64,000 bases of DNA from Candidatus Latescibacterota bacterium (GCA_965208125.1 OZ242320.1:3392001-3456000), one strand, 5' to 3'. Numbered from the stretch's first letter, positions 1 to 10,401 are shown. Notes: a model not told the origin generated them from the letters alone. Program-made: numbers and translations.

Positions 1-165
1 CGTCAGGTTCAGGTGTTGCCTTCCGATGTCTTGTTGCGAGAAATTGCCGAACTCACGGGCGGCAGGGCCAATGCATGGGTATCAACCGAGGCGGGACGCG
101 CTCGACGCGCGGCGAGACGCCAATCCGATGAAATGGTCTTTGAGGGGGGTCTTGTAACGGCGTGA
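1..165 (+). CDS. 3' end of a gene running in from the left edge (RQVQVLPSDVLLREIAELTGG...), possibly the C-terminus of DNA polymerase III alpha
   Basis: Frame 1 is open from base 1 to TGA at 163-165 and is followed by a terminator hairpin. The resemblance to DnaE C-termini is from memory only. Confidence 0.45.
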   Translation, partial: RQVQVLPSDVLLREIAELTGGRANAWVSTEAGRARRAARRQSDEMVFEGGLVTA

Positions 166-185
166 TTGGAGACAAAAAAGAAAGA

Positions 186-219
186 AAAAGGCGAGAGGCC
201 ATCCGGCCTCTCGCCTTTT
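186..219. terminator. Bidirectional intrinsic terminator
   Basis: Perfect hairpin AAAAGGCGAGAGGCC-atcc-GGCCTCTCGCCTTTT between convergent genes. Confidence 0.85.
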
Positions 220-239
220 GCGTTTTACATCGTACATCT

Positions 240-1460
240 TTAATAATCCTCATATCTATTGGCGTAAATGTTGAGTAACAGACCAACGAGAATCATATTT
301 GTGATGAGGGTGGAGCCTCCGTAGCTCAAGAAAGGCAACGGGAGGCCCGTGACGGGCATGATGCCGATGGTCATGCCGATGTTGACAAAAATGTGGAAGA
401 GGAGAATGGTCGCCAGTCCGATAGCAGTCAAGCTGGAGAAGCGGTTTTTGGTCTGTATGGCAATGGACAAAGCACGCCATAAGATGAACATAAACAATGC
501 CAGAACAAAAAAGGCACCGATAAATCCAAATTCTTCGCATATAACAGAAAAAATAAAATCGGTGTGTTGTTCGGGTAAAAAGGCGAGTTTGGTTTGTGTG
601 CCTTCTAAAAATCCTTTGCCCTTGAGGCCACCAGACCCGATGGCGATTTTGGACTGAATGACCTGATAACCCGCGCCGAGTTTGTCCATATTGGGGTCGA
701 GAAAGGTGAGGATGCGGCGTTTTTGGTAGTCGTGGAGTTTGTTTTCCCACACATAAGGTGCGACGATAGCAACCGAGAGATTGACCAATAGCAAGATGCT
801 TGCGGTGAATAAGCGGGGGCGTTCATAAAAAAGGATCCCAATGAGCAGGAGTACCACCGCGACTAACATCCACGGGTGAAAGGCACATATCAAGGTGAGA
901 GCAGGGGAAACTAAAAAAAATAAATGTATGGGTCTGGCACCGGCCCAGAAAAGCATGGGCAGGATGAGAATGCTAAAAACCAGAGCGGTACCCAGATCGG
1001 GTTGCTTAAAAACGAGTAAGATGGGTACGAGAACGAACAACAAAGGTATAATAAAGGTACGTACGCGGGTCAGGTCGCGGTTGCGATAGGCCAAAAAGCG
1101 CGCGAGTACCAGGACGGTCGTTATCTTGGCAAATTCAGAAGGTTGTATTTGAATAGGACCAATGTTGAACCAGCGCCGGTCGCCCAATTCGAGCACGAGT
1201 ATCAAAAGTGTAACTGTCAGGCCATACAGGACATACGCAAAGGCATAAAAAAGTTTAAGGGGAATGACCATGGTGATGATCATGGCAATAAACCCGAATA
1301 AGGCCCAGAGAATTTGCTTTTCATAAATGTTGCCGGCCAGGCCCAGATCCCAATTGTAGCTGGCACTGTATATGGTGGTAATGCCCACACCAATGCCCAG
1401 GCATATCGCTGAGAGGAGGCCGATGTCGAGGTCGCGTCGAACAAATAGAGAAAGATTCAC
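240..1460 (-). CDS. rodA: Rod shape-determining protein RodA (SEDS peptidoglycan glycosyltransferase)
   Basis: Motifs IQPSEFAK, KQPDLGTA, GYQVIQSKIAIGSGG, PEQHTDFIF and GLPLPFLSYGGS; downstream of mrdA. Start moved to GTG at 1460 (AGAGG RBS); ORF track gives 1502. Confidence 0.95.
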   Translation of the reverse strand: MNLSLFVRRDLDIGLLSAICLGIGVGITTIYSASYNWDLGLAGNIYEKQILWALFGFIAMIITMVIPLKLFYAFAYVLYGLTVTLLILVLELGDRRWFNIGPIQIQPSEFAKITTVLVLARFLAYRNRDLTRVRTFIIPLLFVLVPILLVFKQPDLGTALVFSILILPMLFWAGARPIHLFFLVSPALTLICAFHPWMLVAVVLLLIGILFYERPRLFTASILLLVNLSVAIVAPYVWENKLHDYQKRRILTFLDPNMDKLGAGYQVIQSKIAIGSGGLKGKGFLEGTQTKLAFLPEQHTDFIFSVICEEFGFIGAFFVLALFMFILWRALSIAIQTKNRFSSLTAIGLATILLFHIFVNIGMTIGIMPVTGLPLPFLSYGGSTLITNMILVGLLLNIYANRYEDY

Positions 1461-1482
1461 AACTACCTCTAAAAATGAGAGG

Positions 1483-3357
1483 TTACTGGTTATTGACCGC
1501 AATCAATTCGTCAGTGGATTTTGGCACCGCGTGTTCGAAATAGGCTTCGAGCGTTTTTTGTGCAATAGGCGCGGCAACACTGCCCCCCGAACCACCGTTT
1601 TCAACAATTACGGCAATGGCAATGCGCGGGTTTTCTGCCGGTGCATAAGCGACAAACCAGGCGTGGTCTTCACCATGGGGATTTTGTGCGGTACCCGTTT
1701 TTCCCGCAACTACAATATCGGGTAAACTGGCGCGATGACCCGTGCCGCCAGGGCTGTTGACCACATCTACCATCATGCTTCGCACGGTTTTGAGAACCTC
1801 TTGTGAGAGGGGAATTGGCGCGGTTTCGCCCTGAGCGCCTTTGATCACATGCGGAGTGGGTAACTGACCGGTTGCCAGCGCGCTTGTATAGCGCGCCACC
1901 TGAAGGGGCGTTGCCAGAAGTTCCCCTTGTCCAATGGTCAAGTTGAGCATATTGCCGTCAGTCCAGAAGCCGTGCCTTTGTTTGTAATAGGCGTGGTTGG
2001 GCAGCAGACCGCGTGCTTCACCATCGCCTCCCGAAGCGATGTCGATGTTTGTCAATTCACCAAATTTGAACATAGCGGCATACCGATGCCAGTCGTCAAT
2101 ACCCACTTTGAGGCCGAGTTGATAAAAGAATACATCACACGATTTTACGAGTGCTTCTCGCATGTTGATAGGCCCACAGCCTTTTTTGTTGTGACATCCA
2201 AACCGGCGATCGCCGAAAGCCATGCTTCCCATGCATGGTTTCAAACGATATTCATCGGCTTTGATTATGCCCATGTCCAAAGCGGCAATCGATGTGATCA
2301 TTTTGAAGACCGAAGCGGGTGGATATTCGCCTTTAAGGCTGCGGTTGAGCAAGGGTTTGGATGGGTCTGTTTGCAAGTGCTGCCAGGCTTTGGGGTCCCG
2401 GATGGATTGTGGATGAAAACCGGGTTTGCTGACCATGGCTATAATTTCGCCAGACTGTGGATGCATGGCAATCAGGCTGCCGCGCATGCTATCTGCAAAG
2501 GCGTGTTCGGCGGCATGCTGTACGCGCCAGTCGAGCGTCAGCCACAGATCTTCGCCAGAAATGGGGGGGTCTGTTTTTTCGGGGAAAATGCCCACCTCGC
2601 GTCCCTTTGCATTTACTTCGATGTATCGGATACCTTTATGACCCCGCATCCGGTCTTCAAATATGCGCTCAATACCTCGTTTTCCAATCTGATCGTCGTA
2701 GCTATATCCCCGCGTTTTCATGTGGGTATATTGAGATGCGTTGATAAGCCCGACATAGCCCAAAATATGGGGGGCTAAGACCAGGGCGTTACTGGCGTTG
2801 TGCTGCGCGTGCGAAAACTCGGTGGATCTCGCCGAGGGTGTGTCAAAGATGGGATAGCCCCTGCGAGATTCGATTTGAATTTCTACGCCTGGAAAGTCAT
2901 AGCGGTTTTCTTCGATAATGGAAATGGCTTCAAAATCCACATCGAGTTTGAGTTTGACCGGGTCGTAAAAATACCGGTTATGCAATTGCAATTTTTTTCT
3001 TATTGTTTCACAGGGCAGATCCACAATTTGCCCGAGGCGTTCGAGGAGTCCATTGCATTTGTCTTCTTCAATATTTGCCAAAAAGCGAGGGGGAATGACC
3101 GAGATGTTATAAGCTGGTCTGTTATCGACCAAAATGATATCATTGCGGTCGCGGATCAGACCGCGACCGGCCTGGATGATGACGGGCTGCATGGTATTTT
3201 TTTCGGATTTAATGCGATACTGTTCCCATTCGGCAATCTGCAACATATAGAGGCGGACACCCAATATGCCAAAGAGGAACGCCATTACACCGAAAAGAAT
3301 GCGTGCGCGCTGTGCGCGAATGCCGTTATGTGTGAAGTCATTCTGCATGGGATTCAA
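1483..3357 (-). CDS. mrdA: Penicillin-binding protein 2
   Basis: N-terminal TM anchor; SxxK (ASVFK), SCD and KTGTAQ motifs; lies between mreD and rodA. Confidence 0.95.
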   Translation of the reverse strand: MNPMQNDFTHNGIRAQRARILFGVMAFLFGILGVRLYMLQIAEWEQYRIKSEKNTMQPVIIQAGRGLIRDRNDIILVDNRPAYNISVIPPRFLANIEEDKCNGLLERLGQIVDLPCETIRKKLQLHNRYFYDPVKLKLDVDFEAISIIEENRYDFPGVEIQIESRRGYPIFDTPSARSTEFSHAQHNASNALVLAPHILGYVGLINASQYTHMKTRGYSYDDQIGKRGIERIFEDRMRGHKGIRYIEVNAKGREVGIFPEKTDPPISGEDLWLTLDWRVQHAAEHAFADSMRGSLIAMHPQSGEIIAMVSKPGFHPQSIRDPKAWQHLQTDPSKPLLNRSLKGEYPPASVFKMITSIAALDMGIIKADEYRLKPCMGSMAFGDRRFGCHNKKGCGPINMREALVKSCDVFFYQLGLKVGIDDWHRYAAMFKFGELTNIDIASGGDGEARGLLPNHAYYKQRHGFWTDGNMLNLTIGQGELLATPLQVARYTSALATGQLPTPHVIKGAQGETAPIPLSQEVLKTVRSMMVDVVNSPGGTGHRASLPDIVVAGKTGTAQNPHGEDHAWFVAYAPAENPRIAIAVIVENGGSGGSVAAPIAQKTLEAYFEHAVPKSTDELIAVNNQ

Positions 3358-3817
3358 TATTGAGAAGTGAGAAATGGGTGAGGACAGACGACAATGCCGT
3401 ACCCAACACGGCTGTATAAAGGCCCGTACCCAATCCGATGCTCAGAATTTTGAGCGGTTGCAAAGTAACGAGAAAAAAAATGATATCGTGTAAAAGTGTT
3501 GCCAAAAACAAAATGGCAGCCTGTGCTCGTAGAGCTTCTGCGGCAATACTCACACGGCTATAACCTGCAAAAAAACCAATCAGACTGTTGCCGAGGGCAT
3601 TGGTGCCCAAACGCGTGCCGGGGTCGTATATGTCGATGAGCAATCCCGATAAAAAACCCAGTACAGTCGCTTCAATTTGCCCTCGGGTAAAGGCAATAAA
3701 AACCAGTATGATGATGACGATGTCCGGCGCAATGCCGTAAATGGCGAGGCTATTAATCCAGGATGCCTGGAGAAGCAGTGCCAAACAAATAAGCAAAATA
3801 TTGCGGGCGATAATCAT
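3338..3817 (-). CDS. mreD: Rod shape-determining protein MreD
   Basis: 159-aa hydrophobic protein with PDIVII and GFLSGLLIDI motifs, directly upstream of mrdA. Confidence 0.88.
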   Translation of the reverse strand: MIIARNILLICLALLLQASWINSLAIYGIAPDIVIIILVFIAFTRGQIEATVLGFLSGLLIDIYDPGTRLGTNALGNSLIGFFAGYSRVSIAAEALRAQAAILFLATLLHDIIFFLVTLQPLKILSIGLGTGLYTAVLGTALSSVLTHFSLLNIESHAE

Positions 3818-3825
3818 ATGGGAAG

Positions 3826-3880
3826 CGGTCAGTCAGCTATCAGTCCCTAAAACACAACACATCAGCGATCAGCAGTTAAC
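3826..3880. repeat. Degenerate short intergenic repeats (cggtcag / ctatcag / cgatcag)
   Basis: Several (c)NNTCAG units in the gap upstream of mreD. Confidence 0.4.
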
Positions 3881-3904
3881 TTCTCGCCATCCAAATAGGG
3901 CGAA

Positions 3905-5806
3905 TTAATCCGCAATTTCTCTAACGCGAATGCGGGTGCCGGGCCGCAGACGCGATGGACTTCGAATGTCATTCCAGGATTGTAGGGCTGCAACACTGGT
4001 ATCAAAGGCACGCGCGATGCTCCACAGGGTATCACCCGTGCGTACTGTATAAAAGATGGGAGATTCCGATGTTCCATCTTTGGGTACCCACAATGTGAGG
4101 CGATCGCCCGGGTGAATGGGACGATTGGTATTCAGATTGTTCCAGGCGCGCAGGTGTGAAACCGTGATGCCTTTTCGTTTGGCTATATCCCACAGAGTAT
4201 CACCTGTACGCACCGTGACATTGATCTGGCGATAGTGTTCAGGGTCGGGCTTGTGGGTAATATTTTTTATTTGTATTGCTGGGCGTGTCTGTGTTGCGGT
4301 AGCCAAGCGTTGGGCGTGGGGATACATTGGAATGCTGAGTTTCTGGCCGATTTGCAGGCGGCGAGGGTTGGTGATGCCATTGGCCGCTTGCAGGTCGGCT
4401 GACGACACCCCCACGCGGGATGCGATACCATATAAGGTGTCGCCGCGCTTGACCACATAGTCGATGAGTTGGATTTTTTTATGTGCTGGTATTTGCGCGT
4501 AATTGGCTCTGAATTTCGCGCCTGCGCCCTTTGGTACGCGCAAATTATAGGCGTTTCGCCGCATGGCAGGCGGTGTATATGGGCGGCGCAGTTCGGGATT
4601 AAGATAGCGCAGATAGGTGTAGGTAGTGCCCGCACATTCCGCAGCCAAACGCAGGTTCACAGGTTCTGTTAAAGCGACTTTGTCATAAGACATGGGAGGT
4701 TGATAGACAACATCTTTAAAGCCAAAAAAAGCGGGATCTTTGGCGATGATGACCATGGCCATGAACTTGGGTACATGATTGCGAGTTTCTCTGGGTAATG
4801 CGCCAATTTCCCAAAAGTCACGGGTTTTAGATCTTGCAATGGCGCGATCCATACGGCCCTGTCCACAGTTGTAGGCTGCGACAACCAGACGCCAATCTCC
4901 AAAGTAGGTGTATAGATGATTGAGATGTCGCGCAGCAGCATGTGTGGATTTTTCGGGGTTCATGCGATCGTCGATATAGGTGTTGCGCCGCAGGCCATAG
5001 AGCAAGCCAGTGCGGTACATAAATTGCCACATGCCCAGGGCGTATGCACGCGAGAGGGCGCGGGGATTAAATCCGCTTTCGATCATGGCTTTATACGCGA
5101 GGTCCAAAGGCAGGCCCTGTTCGCGGAAAACAGTCTGGATCATGGGCAAATAGGCGGTGGAGCGAGACAGACTTCTTTCAAAGAAGTCGCGCTTTTCCGT
5201 GAGGAAATATTGGATATAAGCCATGACTTCGGGTGTCAGGTCAATAGGTACATCAGCTTGCCCTGCCAGTACTCTTATTTTTAGTTCTCGATAGTGCGGA
5301 TGATGCAACAAGTCGGCAACCACAGATTCGGGAAGGGCATTGAGCAAGGTTGCCAGTGGTGCATGCGGTGGTATGGTTGCACGGGACATAATCGCGTAAT
5401 AGCGTTCGAGTGTGAAACGCATCAACGCGGTCCATTTTTTTGCTGTTTTCGGTTCAGAAACAAAACGATGGTGCAACATGTGCGCTGCCGTATCGAGCAA
5501 AGCTCTTACGCGAAGAGTGTGAGTTTCGACTGCGGCTTTTTGAAGCAGTTCATAGAGATGATCACCCGTGGGTTCAATATCTTCTATCAATACGGGCTTT
5601 GGTAGTATAATGGGTTCCACAACTTTTGGCACATTTACGGGTGCAGGTGCAGGTGCAGGTGCAGGTGCAGGCGCAGGTGCAAGAGGCGTGCGTGCAGTGG
5701 TTGCACAACCGCCAAAAATTAGAACTGCAATAAGACACAGGTTAGACCGCAGGGCAGTCTTCGCGTTATTGAGAAGATTTTGCCTGTACAATGAATGCTG
5801 TTTCAT
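3905..5806 (-). CDS. MltD-like lytic transglycosylase lipoprotein with three LysM domains
   Basis: Lipobox-like IFGGC; SLT motifs IESGF, GMWQFM and AAYNCG; three LysM repeats (VKRGDTL, VRTGDTL twice). Confidence 0.9.
   Translation of the reverse strand: MKQHSLYRQNLLNNAKTALRSNLCLIAVLIFGGCATTARTPLAPAPAPAPAPAPAPVNVPKVVEPIILPKPVLIEDIEPTGDHLYELLQKAAVETHTLRVRALLDTAAHMLHHRFVSEPKTAKKWTALMRFTLERYYAIMSRATIPPHAPLATLLNALPESVVADLLHHPHYRELKIRVLAGQADVPIDLTPEVMAYIQYFLTEKRDFFERSLSRSTAYLPMIQTVFREQGLPLDLAYKAMIESGFNPRALSRAYALGMWQFMYRTGLLYGLRRNTYIDDRMNPEKSTHAAARHLNHLYTYFGDWRLVVAAYNCGQGRMDRAIARSKTRDFWEIGALPRETRNHVPKFMAMVIIAKDPAFFGFKDVVYQPPMSYDKVALTEPVNLRLAAECAGTTYTYLRYLNPELRRPYTPPAMRRNAYNLRVPKGAGAKFRANYAQIPAHKKIQLIDYVVKRGDTLYGIASRVGVSSADLQAANGITNPRRLQIGQKLSIPMYPHAQRLATATQTRPAIQIKNITHKPDPEHYRQINVTVRTGDTLWDIAKRKGITVSHLRAWNNLNTNRPIHPGDRLTLWVPKDGTSESPIFYTVRTGDTLWSIARAFDTSVAALQSWNDIRSPSRLRPGTRIRVREIAD
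5640..5681. repeat. Hexanucleotide tandem repeat (GGTGCA)x7 encoding a Pro-Ala linker
   Basis: Seven copies, one variant (GGCGCA), read directly. Confidence 0.9.
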
Positions 5807-6497
5807 AGCCTTTCTTTGTTACCTCCTCGAGTAATATTTCTGCATCATTGCGCGTCTGAAAATTGCCGACGCGTACCTTGAAATAAGGGGGTTCAAAATC
5901 GATAAAAACATCGTCGCGCGTCAGTTGAACACGCGCTTGCCTTTGTACATTTTCCGCTGAGCTTTGCGTCGATGACGAAAAAATTTGAACTCTAAACCGC
6001 GATGTGGCATCGCTTTCAGATTGCACGTTGACAATTTGTGTGCGAACCACATAAGCATCGGGAAAGCCTAATGCTCTGATGGCATCGCGCAGTATTTTGG
6101 CCGATTCAGGCGTGCGGCTGTTGCCCGCTTGAATTTTGTAGAGTTGTATGTCTTCGTCGAGATGAATATATGTCAAGACCTGAGCCTCGCGCTGAATTTG
6201 TTCGCGCAAGGCTTCTGCCCGGTTGTGATCGCGAAGGGCTGCAACTTGAACGCGGAAGCCTTCAATTTGTGATACTTTCGCAGGGGGCATTGCTTCGGCG
6301 CGTTCAGGTGTTTGCAACACCAGATCGTCGTCCATGAGGGTCTGCGGGTCAAATTCTTCTCGCGCCGCCGATGAATCAACTGCTGATGAATCAGCCATCG
6401 GAGAATCAGCCGGAGGAGCGAGTTGGGTCTGTTGTGCGACACAGCCGATCAGGAACACGACAAATAAGACAAATAACAAGATATTTTTTCTTATCAT
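5766..6497 (-). CDS. SPOR-domain lipoprotein (two SPOR domains)
   Basis: Lipobox LIGC; GFRVQV and FRVQIFS...PYFKVRVGNF SPOR motifs. Confidence 0.85.
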   Translation of the reverse strand: MIRKNILLFVLFVVFLIGCVAQQTQLAPPADSPMADSSAVDSSAAREEFDPQTLMDDDLVLQTPERAEAMPPAKVSQIEGFRVQVAALRDHNRAEALREQIQREAQVLTYIHLDEDIQLYKIQAGNSRTPESAKILRDAIRALGFPDAYVVRTQIVNVQSESDATSRFRVQIFSSSTQSSAENVQRQARVQLTRDDVFIDFEPPYFKVRVGNFQTRNDAEILLEEVTKKGYETAFIVQAKSSQ

Positions 6498-6598
6498 TTT
6501 GCCTCCACGAGCAGTTATTCAGTTTATTTTTTAACCTTTACCCGTGCCATCTACCTCTACTCATTGTTCAGACATAATTCTACATGTTAGACCCTCAC

Positions 6599-6627
6599 AC
6601 TTTAAGAATACATGCAAAATTTGTCAA
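6599..6627 (-). promoter_or_regulatory. Sigma70-type promoter for the SPOR / lytic transglycosylase / mreD cluster
   Basis: TTGACA-17 nt-TAAAGT on the minus strand in an AT-rich gap. Confidence 0.55.
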
Positions 6628-6730
6628 CGACTTATATTGCGCAATTTATCGAAAATTGCTCTATTTTCCCCAATATCTTGTATATCTAAAAAAATAATAA
6701 AGTCGCTTAATTATGCAATAAACCAGAGCA

Positions 6731-7771
6731 TCACTCTCCAAACCACCGCTTAAATATTTCTGTGTAATTGTCTTTTGCTACGCCTTTTTCCGTTATGATC
6801 GCCGTGACGAGGTGGTTGGGGGTCACGTCAAAGGCGGGATTGTACACCTGGATGCCACTGGGCGCGGTTTTCCGGCCCATGCCGTGTGTGATTTCTTCTG
6901 TTTCGCGCTCTTCTATGGGAATTTGCGCGCCAGTATCGCGTTTCATGTCAATGGTAGATAAGGGTGCGGCTACGTAAAAAGGCACCTGATGCGCTTTGGC
7001 CAAAATGGCCAGTCCATAGGTACCGATTTTGTTGGCGACGTCTCCGTTTTTGGCAATGCGATCTGCTCCGACAACGATGCTGTCGATGTTTTTTTCGCGC
7101 AGCACTGCAGCGGCCATGCTATCGCATATTACGGTGACATCTACACCGCTTTCATTCAGTTCCCAGGCCGTGAGGCGCGATCCCTGTAAGAGTGGGCGGG
7201 TTTCGTCGGCATAGACCGCGACTTGTTTGCCCGCTTCAACCGCGGCGTAAACCACTGCGAGGGCCGTGCCGTAGTCGGCCGTAGCCAGGCCGCCTGCATT
7301 ACAGTGGGTCAATACAGTCGCTTGCGAAGATAGCAATTCGGCACCATTGCGGCCAATTTGGCGACATATTCGTTTGTCGTCTTCAAAAATTTCATGGGCT
7401 TTTTTGAGCAGGCGATCGCGTTTTTCAGCGGGTGAATGGCCGGCTGCTTTGGCGAGGACCTTTTTTTGGCGGTCGAGTGCCCAAAAGAGGTTGACGGCTG
7501 TGGGGCGCGTTTGCGCCAATTTTTGAATACTTTCTGCGACATACTGGTCAAAGTCGGCATTTCGTCGCGCTATGGCTTCTTGCGCTGCAATCACGACGCC
7601 ATAAGCAGCCGCTACGCCAATGGCTGGCGCACCGCGCACCCTCAAGCTGACAATGGCTTCTGCCACCGTGTTGACATCGCGGCAAGAGATGAATGTGTAC
7701 TCTTCGGGCAATAGGGTCTGGTCGATGAGGCGCAGGGCATCATTTTCCCAGGTGATGGTTGGAACGGGCAT
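6731..7771 (-). CDS. mtnA: S-methyl-5-thioribose-1-phosphate isomerase
   Basis: VRGAPAIG, RPTAVNL, THCNAGGLAT, ETRPLLQGSRLTAWEL and NKIGTY motifs. Confidence 0.95.
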   Translation of the reverse strand: MPVPTITWENDALRLIDQTLLPEEYTFISCRDVNTVAEAIVSLRVRGAPAIGVAAAYGVVIAAQEAIARRNADFDQYVAESIQKLAQTRPTAVNLFWALDRQKKVLAKAAGHSPAEKRDRLLKKAHEIFEDDKRICRQIGRNGAELLSSQATVLTHCNAGGLATADYGTALAVVYAAVEAGKQVAVYADETRPLLQGSRLTAWELNESGVDVTVICDSMAAAVLREKNIDSIVVGADRIAKNGDVANKIGTYGLAILAKAHQVPFYVAAPLSTIDMKRDTGAQIPIEERETEEITHGMGRKTAPSGIQVYNPAFDVTPNHLVTAIITEKGVAKDNYTEIFKRWFGE

Positions 7772-7786
7772 TGGCCATCTCTTGTG

Positions 7787-8173
7787 TCACTGGTCGTGGT
7801 GGATTAAGTTGTCCATCAATACGTCGTCTTCAATGCGTTCTATCGGCGCGTCGCGCCACAGGCGTTCCAGACCGTAAAATTGGCGCGATTCTTGTTGAAA
7901 AATATGTACGACAATGTCGAAAAAGTCGATCAGTACCCATTTTCGCACATCATACCCTTCGACCTGATAAGGGGGCTGCCCTTCTGATTTGAGACCCTCG
8001 ATTACCGCATCGGCTAAGGCGCGAACATGTACATCGGATGTTCCCGTACATATAATAAAATAATCGGCAAAGTCGGCTGTTTGACGCAGATCAATGGCAA
8101 TGAGGTCTTCGGCTTTGCGCGATAGCAACTGTTCAATACAGGTACTGCGAACGTTTTCGGTGGTATCTGACAA
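7787..8173 (-). CDS. rsfS: Ribosome silencing factor RsfS
   Basis: ADYFIICTG, WVLIDFFDIVVHIF and FYGLERLW motifs. Start moved to TTG at 8173 after GAGGAG; ORF track gives 8227. Confidence 0.92.
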   Translation of the reverse strand: MSDTTENVRSTCIEQLLSRKAEDLIAIDLRQTADFADYFIICTGTSDVHVRALADAVIEGLKSEGQPPYQVEGYDVRKWVLIDFFDIVVHIFQQESRQFYGLERLWRDAPIERIEDDVLMDNLIHHDQ

Positions 8174-8189
8174 AGTAGGCTCTTTCTCC

Positions 8190-8606
8190 TCATTTAAATA
8201 TTTCCAGTCCTCGATAATCGCGTCCAATGATGACGGTGACTTCCTCGATGCGAAAGGGGTCGGGTGTCTTTTGCTGAATCACATTGGGCGTACCGAGCAC
8301 ATTGGCGACTTGCTGAGCATATTCTATTTTGCCCAGGCGATCTATGACAATGGTTTCGGGAAAGTTGAAATTTTCAGCATTACCCAGGGTCATGACATCT
8401 ATACCATAATCGCGCAGTTTTTGCCCGACCTCGTTGGCTATGCCGCCTGTGCCACAGCCATTGAGAATTTCAACGCGAATATTCTGAGAGACCTGGGGAG
8501 CTTCGGGCACGACATCAGGTGCCCTTTGCGGTTCCCAAAAGGCTTTTGTAGCAAAGACCAGACCGGCGATGATCAGGGTGCCGAGAATCCATAACCAGCG
8601 TTTCAT
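8190..8606 (-). CDS. LytR C-terminal domain membrane-anchored protein
   Basis: N-terminal TM; VEILNGCG...GNA...VTVIIGRDY pattern; usual neighbour of rsfS. Confidence 0.85.
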   Translation of the reverse strand: MKRWLWILGTLIIAGLVFATKAFWEPQRAPDVVPEAPQVSQNIRVEILNGCGTGGIANEVGQKLRDYGIDVMTLGNAENFNFPETIVIDRLGKIEYAQQVANVLGTPNVIQQKTPDPFRIEEVTVIIGRDYRGLEIFK

Positions 8607-8624
8607 ATTGATAAATATAAGGAT

Positions 8625-8660
8625 AAAAAAAAAAGACGCCAGCCTTACGTGCTGGCGCCC
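8625..8660 (-). terminator. Intrinsic terminator
   Basis: Minus strand GGCGCCAGC-loop-GCTGGCGTC followed by 10 T. Confidence 0.8.
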
Positions 8661-8681
8661 CTATCTGTTCAGGTCAGTCCT

Positions 8682-9149
8682 TTAATAACGTCTGTACCTG
8701 TCGTTGTAATAGTAGGGATAGCCATAGCCATTGAAGGTGCTGAATCCAAATTCGATGCGAATATTGGGTTTGGGCTGATACAAAAGACTGACGTTGGGAA
8801 CGACGACTTGAACGCCGCCCGATGAAGTCGATCCGTAGCGCGTATTGCTCGACATTTGATTGACCAGGCCAACTTGCGCTCTGACGATGAGCGGTTTGGA
8901 TATCTGGTAGGTGATGTCGTTGAGATAATACTGGTTCAAGCCACCGCCGTATCCCGAACTGTAACTGATTCCAATGGTGTGGTTAAATTTGAGTTTTTTC
9001 AGGTCGAACAAACCGCTGGTGGTTTTTAACCCATTTACAAGGTTTTCACCTGCGAGCGGGATTTTGTTTTGCGGCTGAATGCCAATGTCTGCCCGTGCCT
9101 GTGTCGCAATCAAGGCTATAACAGCAAGTGTACAAATCCATTTGTGCAT
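8682..9149 (-). CDS. Hypothetical exported protein, beta-strand rich
   Basis: Signal peptide (ATQARA), GGGGG RBS, own promoter and terminator. Confidence 0.75.
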   Translation of the reverse strand: MHKWICTLAVIALIATQARADIGIQPQNKIPLAGENLVNGLKTTSGLFDLKKLKFNHTIGISYSSGYGGGLNQYYLNDITYQISKPLIVRAQVGLVNQMSSNTRYGSTSSGGVQVVVPNVSLLYQPKPNIRIEFGFSTFNGYGYPYYYNDRYRRY

Positions 9150-9175
9150 GTGTAGCCCCCTTTTCTCTATAATAC

Positions 9176-9204
9176 AGAATACGGAAACTGAGGTGCGATG
9201 TCAA
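9176..9204 (-). promoter_or_regulatory. Sigma70-type promoter
   Basis: TTGACA-17 nt-TATTCT on the minus strand upstream of 9149. Confidence 0.6.
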
Positions 9205-9279
9205 GTGTTCTGTTTTCTTAGACACCTGAGCATATCTGTGTGTTCCACAATAGAAATTGCGCTTGAAAGAGGACTATTT

Positions 9280-10401
9280 TTACGCGTTTTCCATCAATTT
9301 TGCAAACTCATCGAAAAGATAATCGGCATCGTGCGGGCCAGCGGAGGCTTCGGGGTGGTATTGGACGGAGAAGGCGGGCAATTCGCGGTGGCGCAAGCCC
9401 TCAAGGGTGTTGTCGTTGAGGTTGATGTGGGTGAGCACTACGACTTCCTGGTCGAGGGTGTTGAGATCGACGCAGAAACCGTGATTTTGTGCGGTGATTT
9501 CGACTTTGCCTGTGCCGGCGTGCTGCACGGGCTGGTTGGCACCCCGGTGACCAAATTTGAGTTTGTACGTTTTTCCACCCAGTGCCAGGCCGAGGAGCTG
9601 ATGGCCCAGACATATTCCAAAGGTGGGGCGTTCGCGGATCAATTTGCGGATGTTTTCGACCGCATACGTCACGGGTTCTGGATCGCCCGGGCCGTTGGAT
9701 AAAAAGATGCCGTCGGGATCGATTTCGAGGAGTTGCTCTGCAGGTGTGTCGGCGGGGAAAACAGTTACATCACAGCCGCGGTCAACGAGGTAGCGCAAGA
9801 TGTTGTGTTTGATGCCAAAGTCGTAAGCCGCCACGCGGTATTTGACGTTTTGTCGCAGGTGCCTGGATCGACCGGTTTTGAGATCGCAAAGGCCCTCGGT
9901 CCAGTGGTAGGGTTCTGTGCAGGTGACGTTTTGCACGAGGTCGCGGCCTATTAGGCCGGGGAAGGCGCGCGCTTTTTGAACGAGGCTGTCGGAATCGAGA
10001 TCGATGGTTGATAACACGCCTTTCATCGCGCCTTGCTGGCGAATGTGCCGCACGAGGGCGCGGGTGTCAATGCCCTCAATGCCGGGTATGTTGTGTTCTT
10101 TTAGAAAGTCGCCGAGGGCAATGGTCGATCGCCAATTGCTGGGATATGGACAGTATTCTTTGACCACAAAGCCAGAGACCTGGGGTTTTTGCGATTCGAA
10201 GTCGGATGGGTTGATGCCATAGTTGCCAATGAGTGGATAGGTCATGGTTACGATCTGGCTGTTATAAGACGGGTCTGTGAGGATTTCCTGATATCCCGTC
10301 ATGCTGGTGTTGAAGACAACTTCCCCTTCGCATTCGACTTCTGCGCCAAAGGATTTGCCTTTGAAAATGGTGCCGTCTTCCAATGCGAGAATCGCTTCCA
10401 T
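9280..10401 (-). CDS. carA: Carbamoyl-phosphate synthase small subunit
   Basis: [28 protein letters not shown] and QYHPEA motifs. Confidence 0.97.
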   Translation of the reverse strand: MEAILALEDGTIFKGKSFGAEVECEGEVVFNTSMTGYQEILTDPSYNSQIVTMTYPLIGNYGINPSDFESQKPQVSGFVVKEYCPYPSNWRSTIALGDFLKEHNIPGIEGIDTRALVRHIRQQGAMKGVLSTIDLDSDSLVQKARAFPGLIGRDLVQNVTCTEPYHWTEGLCDLKTGRSRHLRQNVKYRVAAYDFGIKHNILRYLVDRGCDVTVFPADTPAEQLLEIDPDGIFLSNGPGDPEPVTYAVENIRKLIRERPTFGICLGHQLLGLALGGKTYKLKFGHRGANQPVQHAGTGKVEITAQNHGFCVDLNTLDQEVVVLTHINLNDNTLEGLRHRELPAFSVQYHPEASAGPHDADYLFDEFAKLMENA

